From assembly GCA_013416795.1 (NCBI GenBank), contig RQSC01000520.1, positions 12,046 through 76,045 on the forward strand: a stretch of 64,000 bases of DNA, written 5' to 3'. The position numbers and the translations under genes are program-made. The notes beneath the pieces were generated by a model that saw nothing but the letters and a program-made list of their open reading frames with translations, was not told where the DNA came from and ran no database searches. Positions 23,361-35,961 of the stretch are shown here, one piece after another (position 1 is the stretch's first letter; every line of letters starts with the position of its first letter). The DNA is from Prasinococcaceae sp. CCMP 1430. Taxonomy: Eukaryota > Plantae > Prasinodermophyta.

Positions 23361-26300
23361 ATGGACGCGCGCGCTCGGCGGGGTCCGAAGTCGGTCGGTC
23401 GGAAGTCCGAACGGGCCGACGCGCCCGCGGTGATCGCCTGCGGCGCAGGCAAGGGAGCAGCGGGGAGCAGCCTGTCACACCGCGCGCGCTGCCCGCCCCC
23501 GCGGGGTGCGGGGTTGGGCGGGGAGGGGCGGGGGGTGGTGGTGCTACAATGGCGCGGGACGCGGCGATGGCCACCACACACGCGGGACGTCGTTTCGCGC
23601 GAGCGACTGTGCGGCGTGCTGGGGTGCGGCAGGCGGAGCGGCGGCGCGCGGCGGTGCGGCGGCGTGCTGCTCGCGAGCGCGCAGCTCTCGCGGCCGATCC
23701 GTACGAATGCTGACGTGGACGAGGCCGGCAACAAGTTCCTGCAGCGCACGGGCGACACGGAGTGGGGCCAGGGCGGCGCCAGCGCGCATGCGTCCGAGGT
23801 GGGCGCGGGCCACTGCGCGCAAAACGTCGAGCTGCGGTGGGCGCAAGAGGTCAAGTCGTCGGTGTATGCGACGCCACTCATTACAGACCTTTACGCGGAC
23901 GGACGTAAAGACATCGTCGTGCCGACGTTCGCGCGCTACCTTGAGGCTCTCGACGGCGCTGAGGGCGAGCGCGTCGTGGGGGACTGGCCCGCGTCGTTCG
24001 GGGGCACGACGCACGCGGGGCCCGTGCTGTGGGACGCCGATGGCGATGGCGTGCGCGACATTGCGGTCGTCACCTACGACGCCGAGGTGCTCTTCTTCAA
24101 AGAAGATGGCACGCGCGTTCCTAGGCGCATCGCCGTGCCCAAGCTGCGCGTGCGCAAGGACTGGCACAAGGGGCTCGATGACTCGAACGATGGCATCGAC
24201 AGGGATCATCTCGACGTGGCCGACAGCGGCTTCCGTGACTACGACTTCGACTACGAGGACGCCGAACACGCGACGTTGCGCGACTACGAGATGGGCGAGG
24301 TGAAGCTCGATCCCAATATCCACGGCCGCGCCCCGCCACCTCCGAAGGAACACCGAGCACCTGGCGCAGCGCCTGACGCGCGCGCGCCTGGTGCACCACG
24401 GCAGCAGCAGGGGCAGCGGGGGGAAAGGCACCAGTCTGCGCAGCAGCATCGGGGAGAGGACCTAGCGCGGGGAGCGCAGCACGCCCGCAGCGCAGGTGAG
24501 GGCTCAGACTTCGCCGCGCCCGAGAGCGAGCGCGGCCGTGCGGCTCGCCTCGCAGACCTAAAGGCGCGCGAGGAACTCGCGAAGCGCGCTGTGGACGAGG
24601 CGATGGAGGCCGTCGAGGCCACCCAGCATCCCGACATGGAGACGCTGGTGCTGGAGGCTGCGACGGACGAGCTGAGTGCAGACGCGGACAGTGGTCCGAA
24701 CGGAGTGGACGCCGCGCTCGATGCCGCCTCGGCCGCGTTGGAGATGGCCAAGGCTGGCGATACCGAGCATGCGAGGGAGGCCACAAAACGCGCGGCCCTT
24801 AGCACGCTCGAGGCCGCCAGCCACACGCTCGAGGGGCTGGCCGAGAGCGAGGGCAAGCTTGAACGAGAAGCGTCGCGCGCGGCGAACGAGGTCGTGAGAA
24901 CGGAGGGAATGCCCGAGGGCTGGAAGGAGCACCTTGATCCGGCGAGTGGCAGAGTGTACTACGAGCGGCCGGACGGTACCACGCAGTGGGAGAGGCCGCA
25001 GGCAATGGGGTCGGCAGGCGAGGGAGGCGAGGATGAGTTGGAATTGGAGACAGAGATGCGGCGCAGCCGCTCGCTGCTCCAGATGGGCGATCCCGAGGAC
25101 GACGGCGAGGACGGTGACGAGGATGCCAACGAGGACAAGGAGCTCTCCGACGAGGCCAAGCGAGTGCTCTCCAGTGACTACCGTGACTATGCTTTCGGGT
25201 ACGATTACGCGGATGGCCTTGGGGGTGCTTTCGGGGCCAACGATGATGACTACTACGCATTACGCCGCTCAGCCATGTTCGACTATTACGAGCATGGCGC
25301 GTCCTTCCCAGGCGGAGATCACAGCTCGAGTTGGGACCAGTATGTGTATGTCGACGCGCACGTGCTGTGCACGCCTGTGGTTGCTGACATCGACGGCGAC
25401 GGCGCCGAGGAGCTCATTATGTCGGTGTCCTACTTCTTCGACCAGGACAAGTACTCGAGTGCAGCAAAGAAGGCGGAGCTCGGCGAGGACGTGGACCCAG
25501 CGTACTACGTCGGCGGTGGCATCGTGGTGTATTCGCTGGATTCGAACTTCATGGCGCAGTACCCAGACTCGATGCCTGGCTATCTCAAGTGGAGCACGCA
25601 CCTCGACCTGACGACCGACATTGTGCAGTACCGCGCCTACATCTACTCGAGCCCCACTGTCGCCGACGTGGACGGTGATGGCAAGATGGAGGTGGTGGTA
25701 GGAACGTCCGTTGGGTTCGTGTACGTCCTGGACGCTGAGAACGGGAACGCGAAGCCGGGGTGGCCCGTGCAAATGGGCGAGATCCAGGGGCAGGTCGCGG
25801 TTGGGGATGTAAACGGCGATGGCAGGTGCGGGCGAGCGATCCAGCGCGGCGGCTCCCTGACACGCGCTCGCTCGCTTATGAGCCAAGCACCTGCGGCACG
25901 CGCCGTAGTGCCCGAGTCTGACTCGCGCGCGACGCGCGCTCCCACCGAACGAATGGCGCCAGCCTCGACATTGTTGCCGCGGACGCGCGAGGCAACATCG
26001 CGGCTTTCGACGCGCATGGTAGCGAGCTTTGGGAGCGCCACCTCGGTGCTCTTGTATCCCAGGGAGCGACACTTGGCGATGCCGACGGTGACGGCTTGGT
26101 CGAGGTGGTGGTGGGCACCGCCGCGGGCCACGTGCACGTGCTCGAGGGAGCAACGGGCTTGTCGAAGCCCAACTTTCCATTTCGCACCTTCGGCAAGGTG
26201 ATGGCGCCGGTGCTCATGGTGCAGCTGGCAGCAGAGTTTGGCAGCAGCAGCACGAGCGATGGGATAGCCTGGACCCCCCCGCAGGCGCTCATTGTGCCCT

Positions 26301-27119
26301 CGTTTGATGGGTACGTGTACATCATCGACGGCAAGGATGGGTGCGCCGATACGGTTGACCTGGGCGAAAATGCCTACGCCATGGCGCTCGCAGACGACCT
26401 CGACGACAACGGCAAGCTTGATATCGTCGTGGCGACCATGAATGGCGCTGTCTATGTCCTCGAGACGCCTGCGGAGTATGCTCCCCTCAAGGCGTGGACG
26501 AGCCAGGCACACGGCGCGAATGGCTTCTCGCCGGGCCATGGCCACGCTGGCATTGCAGCGACGGCATCTGCCCGGCGTGCGCGTGACCTCACCGGCGAGC
26601 TCTTCAACGTCGAGTTCGAGATCGTTGACTTGCGACCAGCTCCGAAGGAGAAAGATGAGGTGCGGCGCGCGAATCTGTCTCTCCAGGGCGCGCGAAGCGC
26701 GCGCTGAGCCCTGGGCGACGTGCGCTGACGAAGCTGCTGAGCCGCCATCTCATCCTGCCACCGCGCAGGAGACGCACCCGCAGGGTCCATACAACGTGCG
26801 TGTTGCGTTGCACACAGCAGGACCTGGCGCGGTTGCCCTCACCGCCGCCTTCGACAAGCCTGGCAAGTACGACGTGATGCTCCCCGTGCCGACACAGCGT
26901 GGCCACGGCTCAATCCTGCTCACCATGACGGATGCATCGGGGATGCGCTTCAGCGATGAGTTCACTGTCACCTTCCACACGCGCGCGCACCGCCTGCTGA
27001 AGTGGGTTGTGCTGCTACCGTTCTCAGTGGCTGTCGCGATCGTTCTGGCGGGCAATGCGCCAAACTCGCAGGCAGAGGCCGCACTGCTGCCGGGCGGGGG
27101 CGGCAGCCACGCGGACTGA
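23361..27119 (+). CDS. DEX1: DEFECTIVE IN EXINE FORMATION 1-like FG-GAP-repeat membrane protein with inserted WW domain; introns 25826-25962, 26660-26768; start uncertain
   Basis: ELRWAQEVKSSVYATPLITDL..DGRKDIVVP; several DxDGDG repeats; YIYSSPTVADVDGDG; C-terminal TM LLKWVVLLPFSVAVAIVL. Confidence 0.88.
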
Positions 27120-27210
27120 AGTTTCGCGATCGCGCCTCGCGCTGATAATGAATCCATGAACGCCTACGTGCGCACACGGCCACGACGAGGAGGCCGGGAA
27201 ATTTTACTGT

Positions 27211-29376
27211 TTAGTAGGATTCTGGGTTCGCGCCGTCCCTATGTATGAGCTCAGCCTCCTTTGCCATCTCCCTAGAGCGCGCCTTGAGGAAGCGAGCTCC
27301 CTCGGAAGGCTTGCCAACAGGCGGCGCGTAGAGCGCGCGGATCTCGTTGGTATCCGCTCCGCTGGCGAGCGCCTCACGCGCAGGCACGATGCGCTCGAAC
27401 CACAGCCGGTGCATGACGCTCTCAAGCACGTCCCAGTATCGCTCGTCACGGTGAACTCGGTGGATGACGCTACAGTCGATCGGGGGTGGTGATAGCAGGT
27501 GTCAGTCTCGCAAACACACACACTCACGCGCGAACTGCAGGAGCGCGCGCGCGCGCCGTAGCTCGCGAGGGAAGCAACGCGCGGCTATGCACGCAGCACA
27601 CCTGCCGTGTGGTGTCCACATGAAGAAGTCGCACCAGTCGCGGTCGAGAATCTCCATAAGTCCCTGCGCCTGAGTCATGTAGTAGTATGGAGGATAGCGC
27701 GGCGGTACCGACCCGCGGAACTTGTACGGGCACTTTATCTCCAGCACACCGCGCACACCGACGTCATCGCCCGACGCAGCCGCTGCGACACTCTGCGCAT
27801 GCAGGGTGCCGTTGCTCGACAACAATCCGCCCACTGCATCCACGAGACCGTCGGGCGACGCGCCTAACCACGTCTTGTCCACAGCAGGTGCGTCCGCGCC
27901 CTCCTGATTCGTACCCAGGTCAACCTTCGCACCGCCCTCGCCGCCGCCGGACCCTGTGGCCTCCCCTTCCAGGACACTCTCGGCGGCTGCCACCACCAGC
28001 GGGTTAAAGCCAGCACGCACGGCCGCACCAACGCCACCAGCGCGCAAAGCTTCGGCGGCAGCCATCACCTGCGGGCCAGAGGGAAGGGCGGCGCCGAGAG
28101 CAAGCTCACCGCGTGACGTCGCCGACTGAACAAGGACCACACGAACGATGGCAGCCCAAGGCGCGCAGAGCGGACGCGCGAGTCAGCGGATTGATCACCG
28201 GGGCGAAGGGCACACGCGCAAACATTTCGATTTCAATCTGAGTGCAGCCGCCTTCACGGAAATGGCAAACACGCATGCACACCCCACGTGGTACACACGC
28301 GCACGCACCTCGCCCTCCCACTCGCGAGGCTGACCGTAAATGTGGAATCCCAGCTCGCGCACGGTGTTGCCGGTGAGCTCAGCGTAGCGCGCGTACGCGA
28401 GCGGTTCGTGACGCGTGCCGTAGCGCATGGCGTCGTTTTCGCGAGTGGTGCGCAGACCGAGCTTTTCCTCCCACAAGGACAGCTGGCCGTCGTCGAAAAG
28501 GCCCGCCGCGTTGCAGAACGCCGACGCCGTGATGCGATTCGACCTCAGCGCGTGCCATTCGGCCGAGCGCTGTGCCACCGACGCAGGGCTGGCCGCGCCG
28601 CCAGCCGTGCTACCCGTCGAATCCAAGCGCGCATCCGAGTTCGCGCTTGTGTCGAGCGGGGTGGACGCGAGCGGCTCGGCGGCAGTGGCAGCACTCGCGC
28701 GCGCATCAACGCTGGCAGCACCCCACTCCTGCTGCTGCTTCTGCGGCGGTGGCGTGCGGGTGTGCGCTTGCGCGTCCACCGCAGTCTGCGCGCGCACCTC
28801 GCCCGCCGCCTGGCGCGCGACAGCTTCGGTGACGGTGCGTTGCAGCGTATCGGTGAAGACCACGTGTTCAGGGCGCATGTGCACGTGGCGTGCGCCTGCG
28901 CCAGATACCTCAACCAGGAAGGCGAGCATCTCGCGCACAAGGTTGAGCCGGTCGCCCACGCCTAGCGATCGGTACGCGCGGAAGCCCGCGTGGAGCTCGC
29001 TGAAGCGAAGCCTTTCGTCACCAGCGATCAGGAGCGGCCCGAGCTCAGACAGCGCGCCGCTGGCCCACTCGGAGAACGTCGCACCCGTCCGGCCGCGCAC
29101 GTCAATGCATCCCGCGGCGCCCTCGGCGTTGAGCGCGATAAGCGCCTGGCGGATGCGCTTCCCTGCCTCGCGCCAGCGCTCGTCGGACAGGCGTGCGGAC
29201 ACGCCATCGGCGGGCGGAGGGAGCGGCGGCGGCGGCTGCATTCCCCTTTCACCGCCATGCGGCTGTGCGGCGCGCAACTCGCGGCCGCGCGCGCGGCGCG
29301 ATGCGGCGGGCGCGCGGCGCGCAGCGACAGTCGACCACGCCGAGCCATCGTCCGCAACGGCGCCCCATGTGGTCAA
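27211..29376 (-). CDS. YqaJ/lambda-exonuclease-like PD-(D/E)xK nuclease; exons ~29376-28310, 28125-27602, 27469-27211; start uncertain
   Basis: QRSAEWHALRSNRITAS, AMRYGTRHEPLA, WLGASPDGLV, VLEIKCPY, YYMTQAQGLMEILDRDWCDFFMWTP. Confidence 0.87.
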
Positions 29377-30077
29377 GGCGGGGGCCTCGCTGTGCGCGAG
29401 TGATCGAGCGCGTGGTCGGGAGCAAAGCGTCAGCAGCGATCACATGCACGTGGAGGCTCCAGGCTCCAGGCGCACGCGCGGGCGCGCGCGCACGCGCACA
29501 TGCACGCACCTGCTGCCTGCTCCAGCCCGTGCGCTCCCACTGACGGAACGCCGCTGCTGCTGTCCTCGCGCGCGTCGCAGTGCGGTGCGGGCGGCCGCGC
29601 TTGCGCCCGCGCCGGGTGCGGCGCCGATCACCCCACCAGCCGTCGCCCTCATCGCTGCTGCGCCGCGCGGCCACAGCACTACCGGCGATCGCATTCAAGA
29701 ACGACACGTCACCCAAGGCGCGCAATACAAACCCTACATACCTCCACGAACCGTAACATGCACGAGCGCCGAACCACGAAAAGTCGATTCGTTTTGATAT
29801 GCGAGAGTTAGGGGTCGGACGTGGTTTCGCGCGAATCAAAATCAAAATCAAAAAGTGGCGCGGCGCGGCGGCCGCCGCTGGCGTGCGCTGCGGAGCGTGC
29901 GATGGGGGAGGGGATGGGGGGGAGGGGGGATACGCCACAGCGCGAGCGTGCGCGCCCTGGGGCGAGGGCAGAGGGTGGAGGGGGGTGGGTGGGTGAATTA
30001 GAACTTTAGATCGGGGCGCCGGGTCTCGCTGCGGTCGTGGCCGCGGTGCGACGCGGCGCGGCCGCGCCACGGCGGGC

Positions 30078-31726
30078 ATGGCGTCCCCGGCCGGCAGCAG
30101 TGGCGACGATGACGACTTCGCGGCGCTGCTTGAAGACGATCTCGAGGCGTCCGATGGGGAGGATGAGCCGCGGGGTGGCGCCTCGGCAGCTGGCGACGGG
30201 GATGGCGCGCCGCCGGCCAAGCGTGCGCGTGTCGAGGCCGGAGGGAGCGGTGGCGGCAGCGGCAATGGGTGTTCCCACCCAGCATACTTGGGCGACCTAT
30301 GCGTTGTGTGCGGTGCGCAGCGGCCAGACGGAGACGCCCGCGGCTTGAGCCTGCGCCATGTGCACGCAGCGCTCGATGTGAGTGAGGCTGAGGCGGCGCG
30401 GCTACGAGCAGCCGAGCACGCACGCTCGAGACGCGACGGCAAGCTGCAGCTCCTGCTCGACCTCGACCACACGCTGCTCAACTCGGAGAAAATTGCGAGA
30501 CTCGAGGCCGACGGATTGCTCGCAGACCTGTACGCGCTGAAGGGCGTCGAGCCGCCGCCCAGCACCAAGAGGTAAGCCCGCGCAGAGGCGCCGGGATGCT
30601 TGCGTGTGCGCGCTTCCGCGTGCGCGGCTGCGCATGGCTGGCCGCACCCTCATGCGCGAGGGGGCATGGATTGCTGACTCGGCGCCCGGCGCGCGACGCA
30701 CGGGGTCGCTCGCAGCACTGGCAGCGAGGGCGAGGGGGGGGGCGCACGCGGCCACATAGCCGACTTCGACCCGGAAACACTGTACAACCTACGCCATATC
30801 GGCATGTGGACCAAGTTGCGCCCAGGGGCGCGCACTTTTCTGCGCGAAGCCGCTCGTCTCTTTGAGCTCAGCGTGTACACGATGGGCGCGCGCGCGTACG
30901 CCGAGGAGATGGCACGGCTGCTCGATCCGGACGGCTCGCTCTTTCATGGCAGGATAATATCGAAGGACGACTCTACGAATAGCCACACGAAGTCGACCGA
31001 CGTCACACTCGCCGACAACAGGACGGTGCTCATCGTTGACGACACCGAGGTGGTGTGGCCAAACCAGCTCGCCAATCTGGTGAACGTCGACAGGTACCAT
31101 TTCTACCCCAGCAGCCGCAAGACGTCCGCTCGCGGCGAGCGCACGGCGACGGATCCGGGTGCGAGACCACAAATGGAAGCGGTGCTTGACTCGCGTGTGG
31201 ACGAGTGCGGTGAGGAGGGGCAGCTTGCGCGAGTACTCGAGGTCATCAAGAGGGCCCACGTCGCGTACTTCAACAATGCCGAGGTGCGCTAGCGCCGGCG
31301 CCCGCGCCCATGCGCTCAAGTCCGCATCCGCACCGCTGATGTTGACCAGTGGTCGCTCTCGCTCTGTGTGTTACGCCCCTTCCACAACTGTAGAGCACGC
31401 AGCCCGACGTGCGCGTTGGGCTGGCGTCGTGCCGCGCTGAAGTGCTCGCTGGCACCGTGCTGCTCTTCACGCGCGTGATTCCGCTCGAACAAGCGCGCGA
31501 CGCTCGACGCCATCAACTGGTGCGCGCGGCGGAGGGGCTGGGCGCGAGGGTCGTGCATGCCGAGTGCGATGAGGTGACGCACGTTGTAGCGGGGGCAGCA
31601 GGCACTGGTAAGGCGAGGTGGGGACGCAAATTCCGGAAGCACGTGGTGTCGCCCAAGTGGCTGTGGGACTGTCACTTCCGGTGGAAGCACCTCGACGAGT
31701 CCCAGTATCCCCCGAAGGACGCATGA
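30078..31726 (+). CDS. CPL4: RNA Pol II CTD phosphatase-like (FCP1/CPL4): FCPH domain plus BRCT; introns 30572-30724, 31284-31402
   Basis: CSHPAYLGDLCVVCG; LLLDLDHTLLNS (DxDxT); WTKLRPG; LIVDDTEVVW; BRCT VTHVVA..GTGKARW...VVSPKWL. Confidence 0.9.
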
Positions 31727-31864
31727 GCGCCGGCCGCGTGGTCAGATAATCAAGTTATTAGTACTACGTATACACTGGAGGCTCGCCACTGCGCTGCGTC
31801 GCTCCCTTCGCGTGCTCTCGCGAACGCTCACGCCGCCAGCCGGAAGAGCTTCGGAGCGCGCGCT

Positions 31865-32793
31865 CTACTTCGGCGTGCACCTCTTCTTTTTGAAAGCGCA
31901 TAGCTTCTTGGCGTCACCCTTCTTGCACCTCTTCTTGGACTTGGCCTTCTTGCACAGCTTCTTCACCTGCTTCTTGCTCAGCTTCTTGGAGTTTTTGGCC
32001 TTCTTGGCCTTCTTGGAGTTCTTGGCCTTCTTGGCCTTCTTGGCCTTCTTGGCCTCCTCGACAAGTGCGGGCGGCGAGGGCGAGGGAACAGGGACGGGCG
32101 GAGGCGAAGGCGAAGGCGGAGTAGGTGAAGGCGGAGGCGGAGGAGGTGAAGGCGAAGGCGGAGGCGGGGAAGGAGGCGGAGGTGACGCTGCTGGGGCAGA
32201 CACCACCGCGAATTCGGCCGATGCCCGCTGGAAAGGGATATTTCTGTACGACATCGTCACCTGCACGTGTGCACATGCACGCGAGCGTGCGCGCCGGTGA
32301 CGGGCGTGTGTAAGGGATGATGCCGAGCGGTCAGAGGACGCCAAAACACTCGCGTGCGCGCACCTGAGCGCGCGAGCATGGCAGCGTCTCCCCAAGCCTG
32401 TCCCCTGCCTGACGTCCTGCACGCACGCGCGCGCACCTTGAAGGATACCGTGCCTTCAAGCGGCGCTGTGAACGCCACCTCGTGCGCAGACTTGCGCGAA
32501 GTGACTGTCTTGCATAGATCGGTCGTCTCCTCGGTGAGCAGCAACGCCCTCGGCTGGTCGCCGCTCACCACGGCGGTGTACGCGCCGCCAGGGGCGACCT
32601 CCGAGACCTCATCGCCGTTGCCGTCGCGCAGGACTACGGTGATTGCGCTGTTGTCGACGGGCGCACCGTGCGGGCCTCGGGCGGTGACCGGGTGGTTGCA
32701 TCCGGCACGCGATGGCCACGCAGCCGCCGGGCGCGGCGCGGCCGCGGCCAGCAGCCCAAACGCGGCTGCGGCCGCGACTGCGCGTCGGCCCAT
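31865..32793 (-). CDS. Secreted protein: Reeler-like N-domain, Ser-Pro(n) stalk, Lys/Cys-rich tail; intron 32436-32261
   Basis: Signal peptide MGRRAVAAAAAFGLLAAAAPRPAAA-W; SPPPPSPPPPSPSP; (KKA)n; LCKKAKSKKRCKKGDAKKLCAFKKKRCTPK*. Confidence 0.7.
31984..32054. repeat. Imperfect 9-bp tandem repeat (CTTCTTGGC)n encoding KKA on the minus strand
   Basis: Read directly: cttcttggagtttttggccttcttggccttcttggagttcttggccttcttggccttcttggccttcttggcc. Confidence 0.9.
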
Positions 32794-34718
32794 CTCACCA
32801 GCTCGCCTCAGCCGCTCCGGCGACCCGGTCGGCGGGCGATGGACTGTTCCGGGCGCAAGCACGGCCGCGCGCGCGTCCGCGCGTGTGGCGCGCGAGAGAG
32901 ACGACGCCGCACCCACGCAGCTCTCTCTCTCTCTCTCTTTCCCGCGCGCGCGCGCACGGGGAACGCACGCCGCCTTGCTCACAGCCACACACAGAGACAG
33001 ACACGTGTCAGCCCTCTCGTGCCGAATGACCTCTCCGTCGAACCGGAGGCTATCCAAATAGACCGGCCATCAAATCGCGAACGAATCCCCAACCCAAACC
33101 GCCGGCGCCGCGAACGCGCGCGAACGCGCGCGCGCGCAATGCGCAACGGCCTAAAATCGCCCACACTTATAAACCCTAATTGCCATGTATGAACCTCAAA
33201 TGCGATCGTGTCGCGTCGGTGCTCTACAGAGTACTGACCATCCCGGTATACGTATACGTAACCGTTGGATGGCGAGTGTCGTTTGACGTGCGTTTCGCGT
33301 GCGTTTTGTCGCGAGGCGTATGAGTATGAATGCGCGGGCGCGCGCCGCGCAGGGTGGGTGGAGAGGCGCGGGGCTCACAGTGCGCGCCCGCGGCGGGGCG
33401 CGCTGCGCGGCGCGGGGCGGCTGGGGGCGGTGTCTGAGGTGGTGGGAGGGGGGAGGGTACGAGGGTTGGGGAGGCCGAGGGGGTCATGAGGGGCGAGAGG
33501 ATGATTGATGGCGCTGTTGGCGCTCTGAGGCAGCGTCGGAAGGCTCGACGGCTGTTTGCGGGACTTTCGACGCAAGGGGGCGGTTTCTCATTGACTGGCA
33601 CGTTGAGACATGTAGGTATGCGCACCGGACGTACCATTACACGGCCGCCAGCTCTGCCCTTGCTTCGTATCGCATCATACGCTCTCGATGATGCTCTTGC
33701 TCGGCCGTCGCGAGGCAGTTTTCTACCACGAAGTCGCCTTCCGACGTGTTCATCGAGCGTTGCGAAACGCGCGCCGCGGCGCGCGCGTTCCCCTCGCCAT
33801 GCCCGAGGGGCAGGCGCCCGCCACACGCGCCGCGCGAGATCCACGCGGCGCGCGGCGGCGGTGGGACGTCGCGGCAGCGGCAGCTGGGTCGGCGCACGGC
33901 GGTGGTGCGCGCGCAGCGGTGCGCGGAGACTCACAGGAACGAGCGATGCACGCGGGCAGCGAGCTCGGCGCGCGCGGGTGCGCGGCGGTGAAGACGTGGC
34001 GGGAATGCGAGCGTAGGCAGCAGCATGCCTACACCTCGCGGCGGGCGCACCGGCGGGAGCCACCACGGGAGGCTGCGCCTCGGCGGCAGTTGCGCCTTGA
34101 GCGCGAGCACCAGGCAGAACACTCGATGCAGAAACTCAAGCCAATTTCGCCTGTGGGTCGGGTACGTGGCGATGTGAGCTTCACTGGCGCACCCAAGACC
34201 AGTACCACTACAGCTGCCGGCGGTGCGCGACAGCGCAGCCCCCGCCGCGGCGTCGTGTGCCTGCCGTGAGCCGTCAGAGGTGAATAATACAGTACAACAT
34301 GTAAAGTAGGAATGACAATACGCGGGTGTGTAGTATGGGTGTGCTTGCGTGCGCTCCGTGAATTGGTATGCATACCTGGCGCCGAGCGCCGGTAGATGGC
34401 TTTGATCAGCTCAGTGCGCCAGTGTGACACTGCGTGGGTTTGATACGGTTTGCTTGCAGCCAGTCTCAGACGCCGGGATCATTCTGCGGATGGGAACTTG
34501 TCGCCACACTCTTTCTCCAGAGCGGGGAGTACATATGGTGTTGGCGCAACGAAGGAGCTGGGACGGGTTTGCACGTGCGTCGCAACTCTCAGTTCGGGAG
34601 CATGACGCCCGTCGAACAGTGCAAGAGATGCGCTAGTGTTGGACACATTGCACGCTTGTCGGGAGTTTTGTAGGAGTGTTGAAGGTCGCCCTCCAGTGCT
34701 GCCCGTCGGCATCGTGTT

Positions 34719-35586
34719 TCACGACTTGAAGGCCAGCGCAAAGAGCGATGGCTGCTGCTCCCCTTTCCTGTGATCGTCGCCGCTCGCGCTCGAAGTCAGA
34801 GGTGCCGTTGGCGGCGACGATGCGCTGGCTCCGCCGTCGGATGACGGGCGCGCGGCTGCCTTTGCACGCCGCTGCGAGCGCCGCTGGACGATGCGGCGCA
34901 TGTGGGAGTCGACGAACTCGGCGCCAAGCTCACGACGATCGCGTTCGATCTCCTTCATCGTGGGCAGACGCGGCGGCGAAGTCACCCAGCGCACCTGGCG
35001 TGCGCCAGCGCACTCGTGTTGCGGGTGCCCGTCGGCTGCAGTAGCGAGTGAGCGCAGCGTATGCGCGGTGTAAGCGCGATGGTGGATGCGAGATGGACAT
35101 GCAGAGAGACAGCGGGGGCGGGAAGGCGGGCGGGTGAGCGTTTACCCACGAGCTTCGTCGGCACATGCAATCCGTCCGACACTCGAGAGGGTGTTGCAAC
35201 TGACGCCGAGCCTTTCCAGGCGCATTCCCTGACAAGCACAAAACAGCGCGGTGATGCGCACCTGACCCAAGTGGCCCCTGCGCAAAGCTCACACGCCGGC
35301 GCCGCTTTTCCCCCACGACCTCCTGCGCGTGCCCTGTCGCATCGTCAGCCCCATCCTCGCCTGCCTCAGGGCTTCGCTGCTGTTCGGCGGCCTGTGCATG
35401 CCCGGACCCGGATTCGGGTGCACACTCGCCCTCGTCCCTGCTGCCGCCCATGCCAGCTCGTTCGACCGCGTCGGGAGGTGGACCCTCGGCAGGCGCGGCG
35501 GCCGCTTCGCGCGCTCGGCACGGTCCCATCGCCGCGGCACCTCCTGAGGCGGGCAGGGCCCTCAGCAGAGGCGCGCCCGCCCGCAC
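34719..35586 (-). CDS. Hypothetical protein (probable intron ~35145-34995)
   Basis: Acidic/Gly N-terminal part with KRRRRVSFA (NLS/RVxF-like); last exon VRWVTSPPRLPTMKEIERDRRELGAEFVDSHMRRIVQRR. No family recognised. Confidence 0.35.
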
Positions 35587-35627
35587 CGCGCGCCCGCACG
35601 CGCGCTGCTACGCAATTTCTTCAGACC

Positions 35628-35661
<34 letters not shown>

Positions 35662-35725
35662 CGCAGCCTCCGCCCCAGAGCAGCGCGGAACAAAAAATTC
35701 GAGCGCGCAATTGCTCTGTTGCATG

Positions 35726-35743
35726 ATTAGGGTGAACCCTAAT
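35726..35743. promoter_or_regulatory. Palindromic double telo-box ATTAGGGT-GA-ACCCTAAT
   Basis: Perfect 8-bp inverted repeat with a 2-bp spacer, in an AT-rich island between divergent genes. Confidence 0.55.
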
Positions 35744-35961
35744 ATGGAACCCAAACCACATTCACATTCGCTGAGACCGAGCCACAGTGCGCGCGCTGCG
35801 AGCTCCCCACTCACCCCCTCTAGCCCGCGCGCCCTTTCACGCTGCCGCCGTGCACTCGTCTTCCTCTGGGCAGGGACCGCCCAGCCCCGCTTGCGGCTCG
35901 TGTGCCGCCCCTGGCGCGGCGCAGGCCGCGCTCACCCCCCCCCCCCCGGGCGCGCGCCGGC

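Noticed and set aside
27211-29376. YqaJ gene as an integrated virus or prophage
   Set aside because: Three exons with host-type introns, flanked by ordinary genes; plants carry such nuclear homologues.
33637-34430. Minus-strand exon-like fragments (RRNWLEFLHRVFCLVL; EGDFVVENCLATAEQEHH)
   Set aside because: Could be a gene, but I could not build a consistent spliced model or recognise a family.
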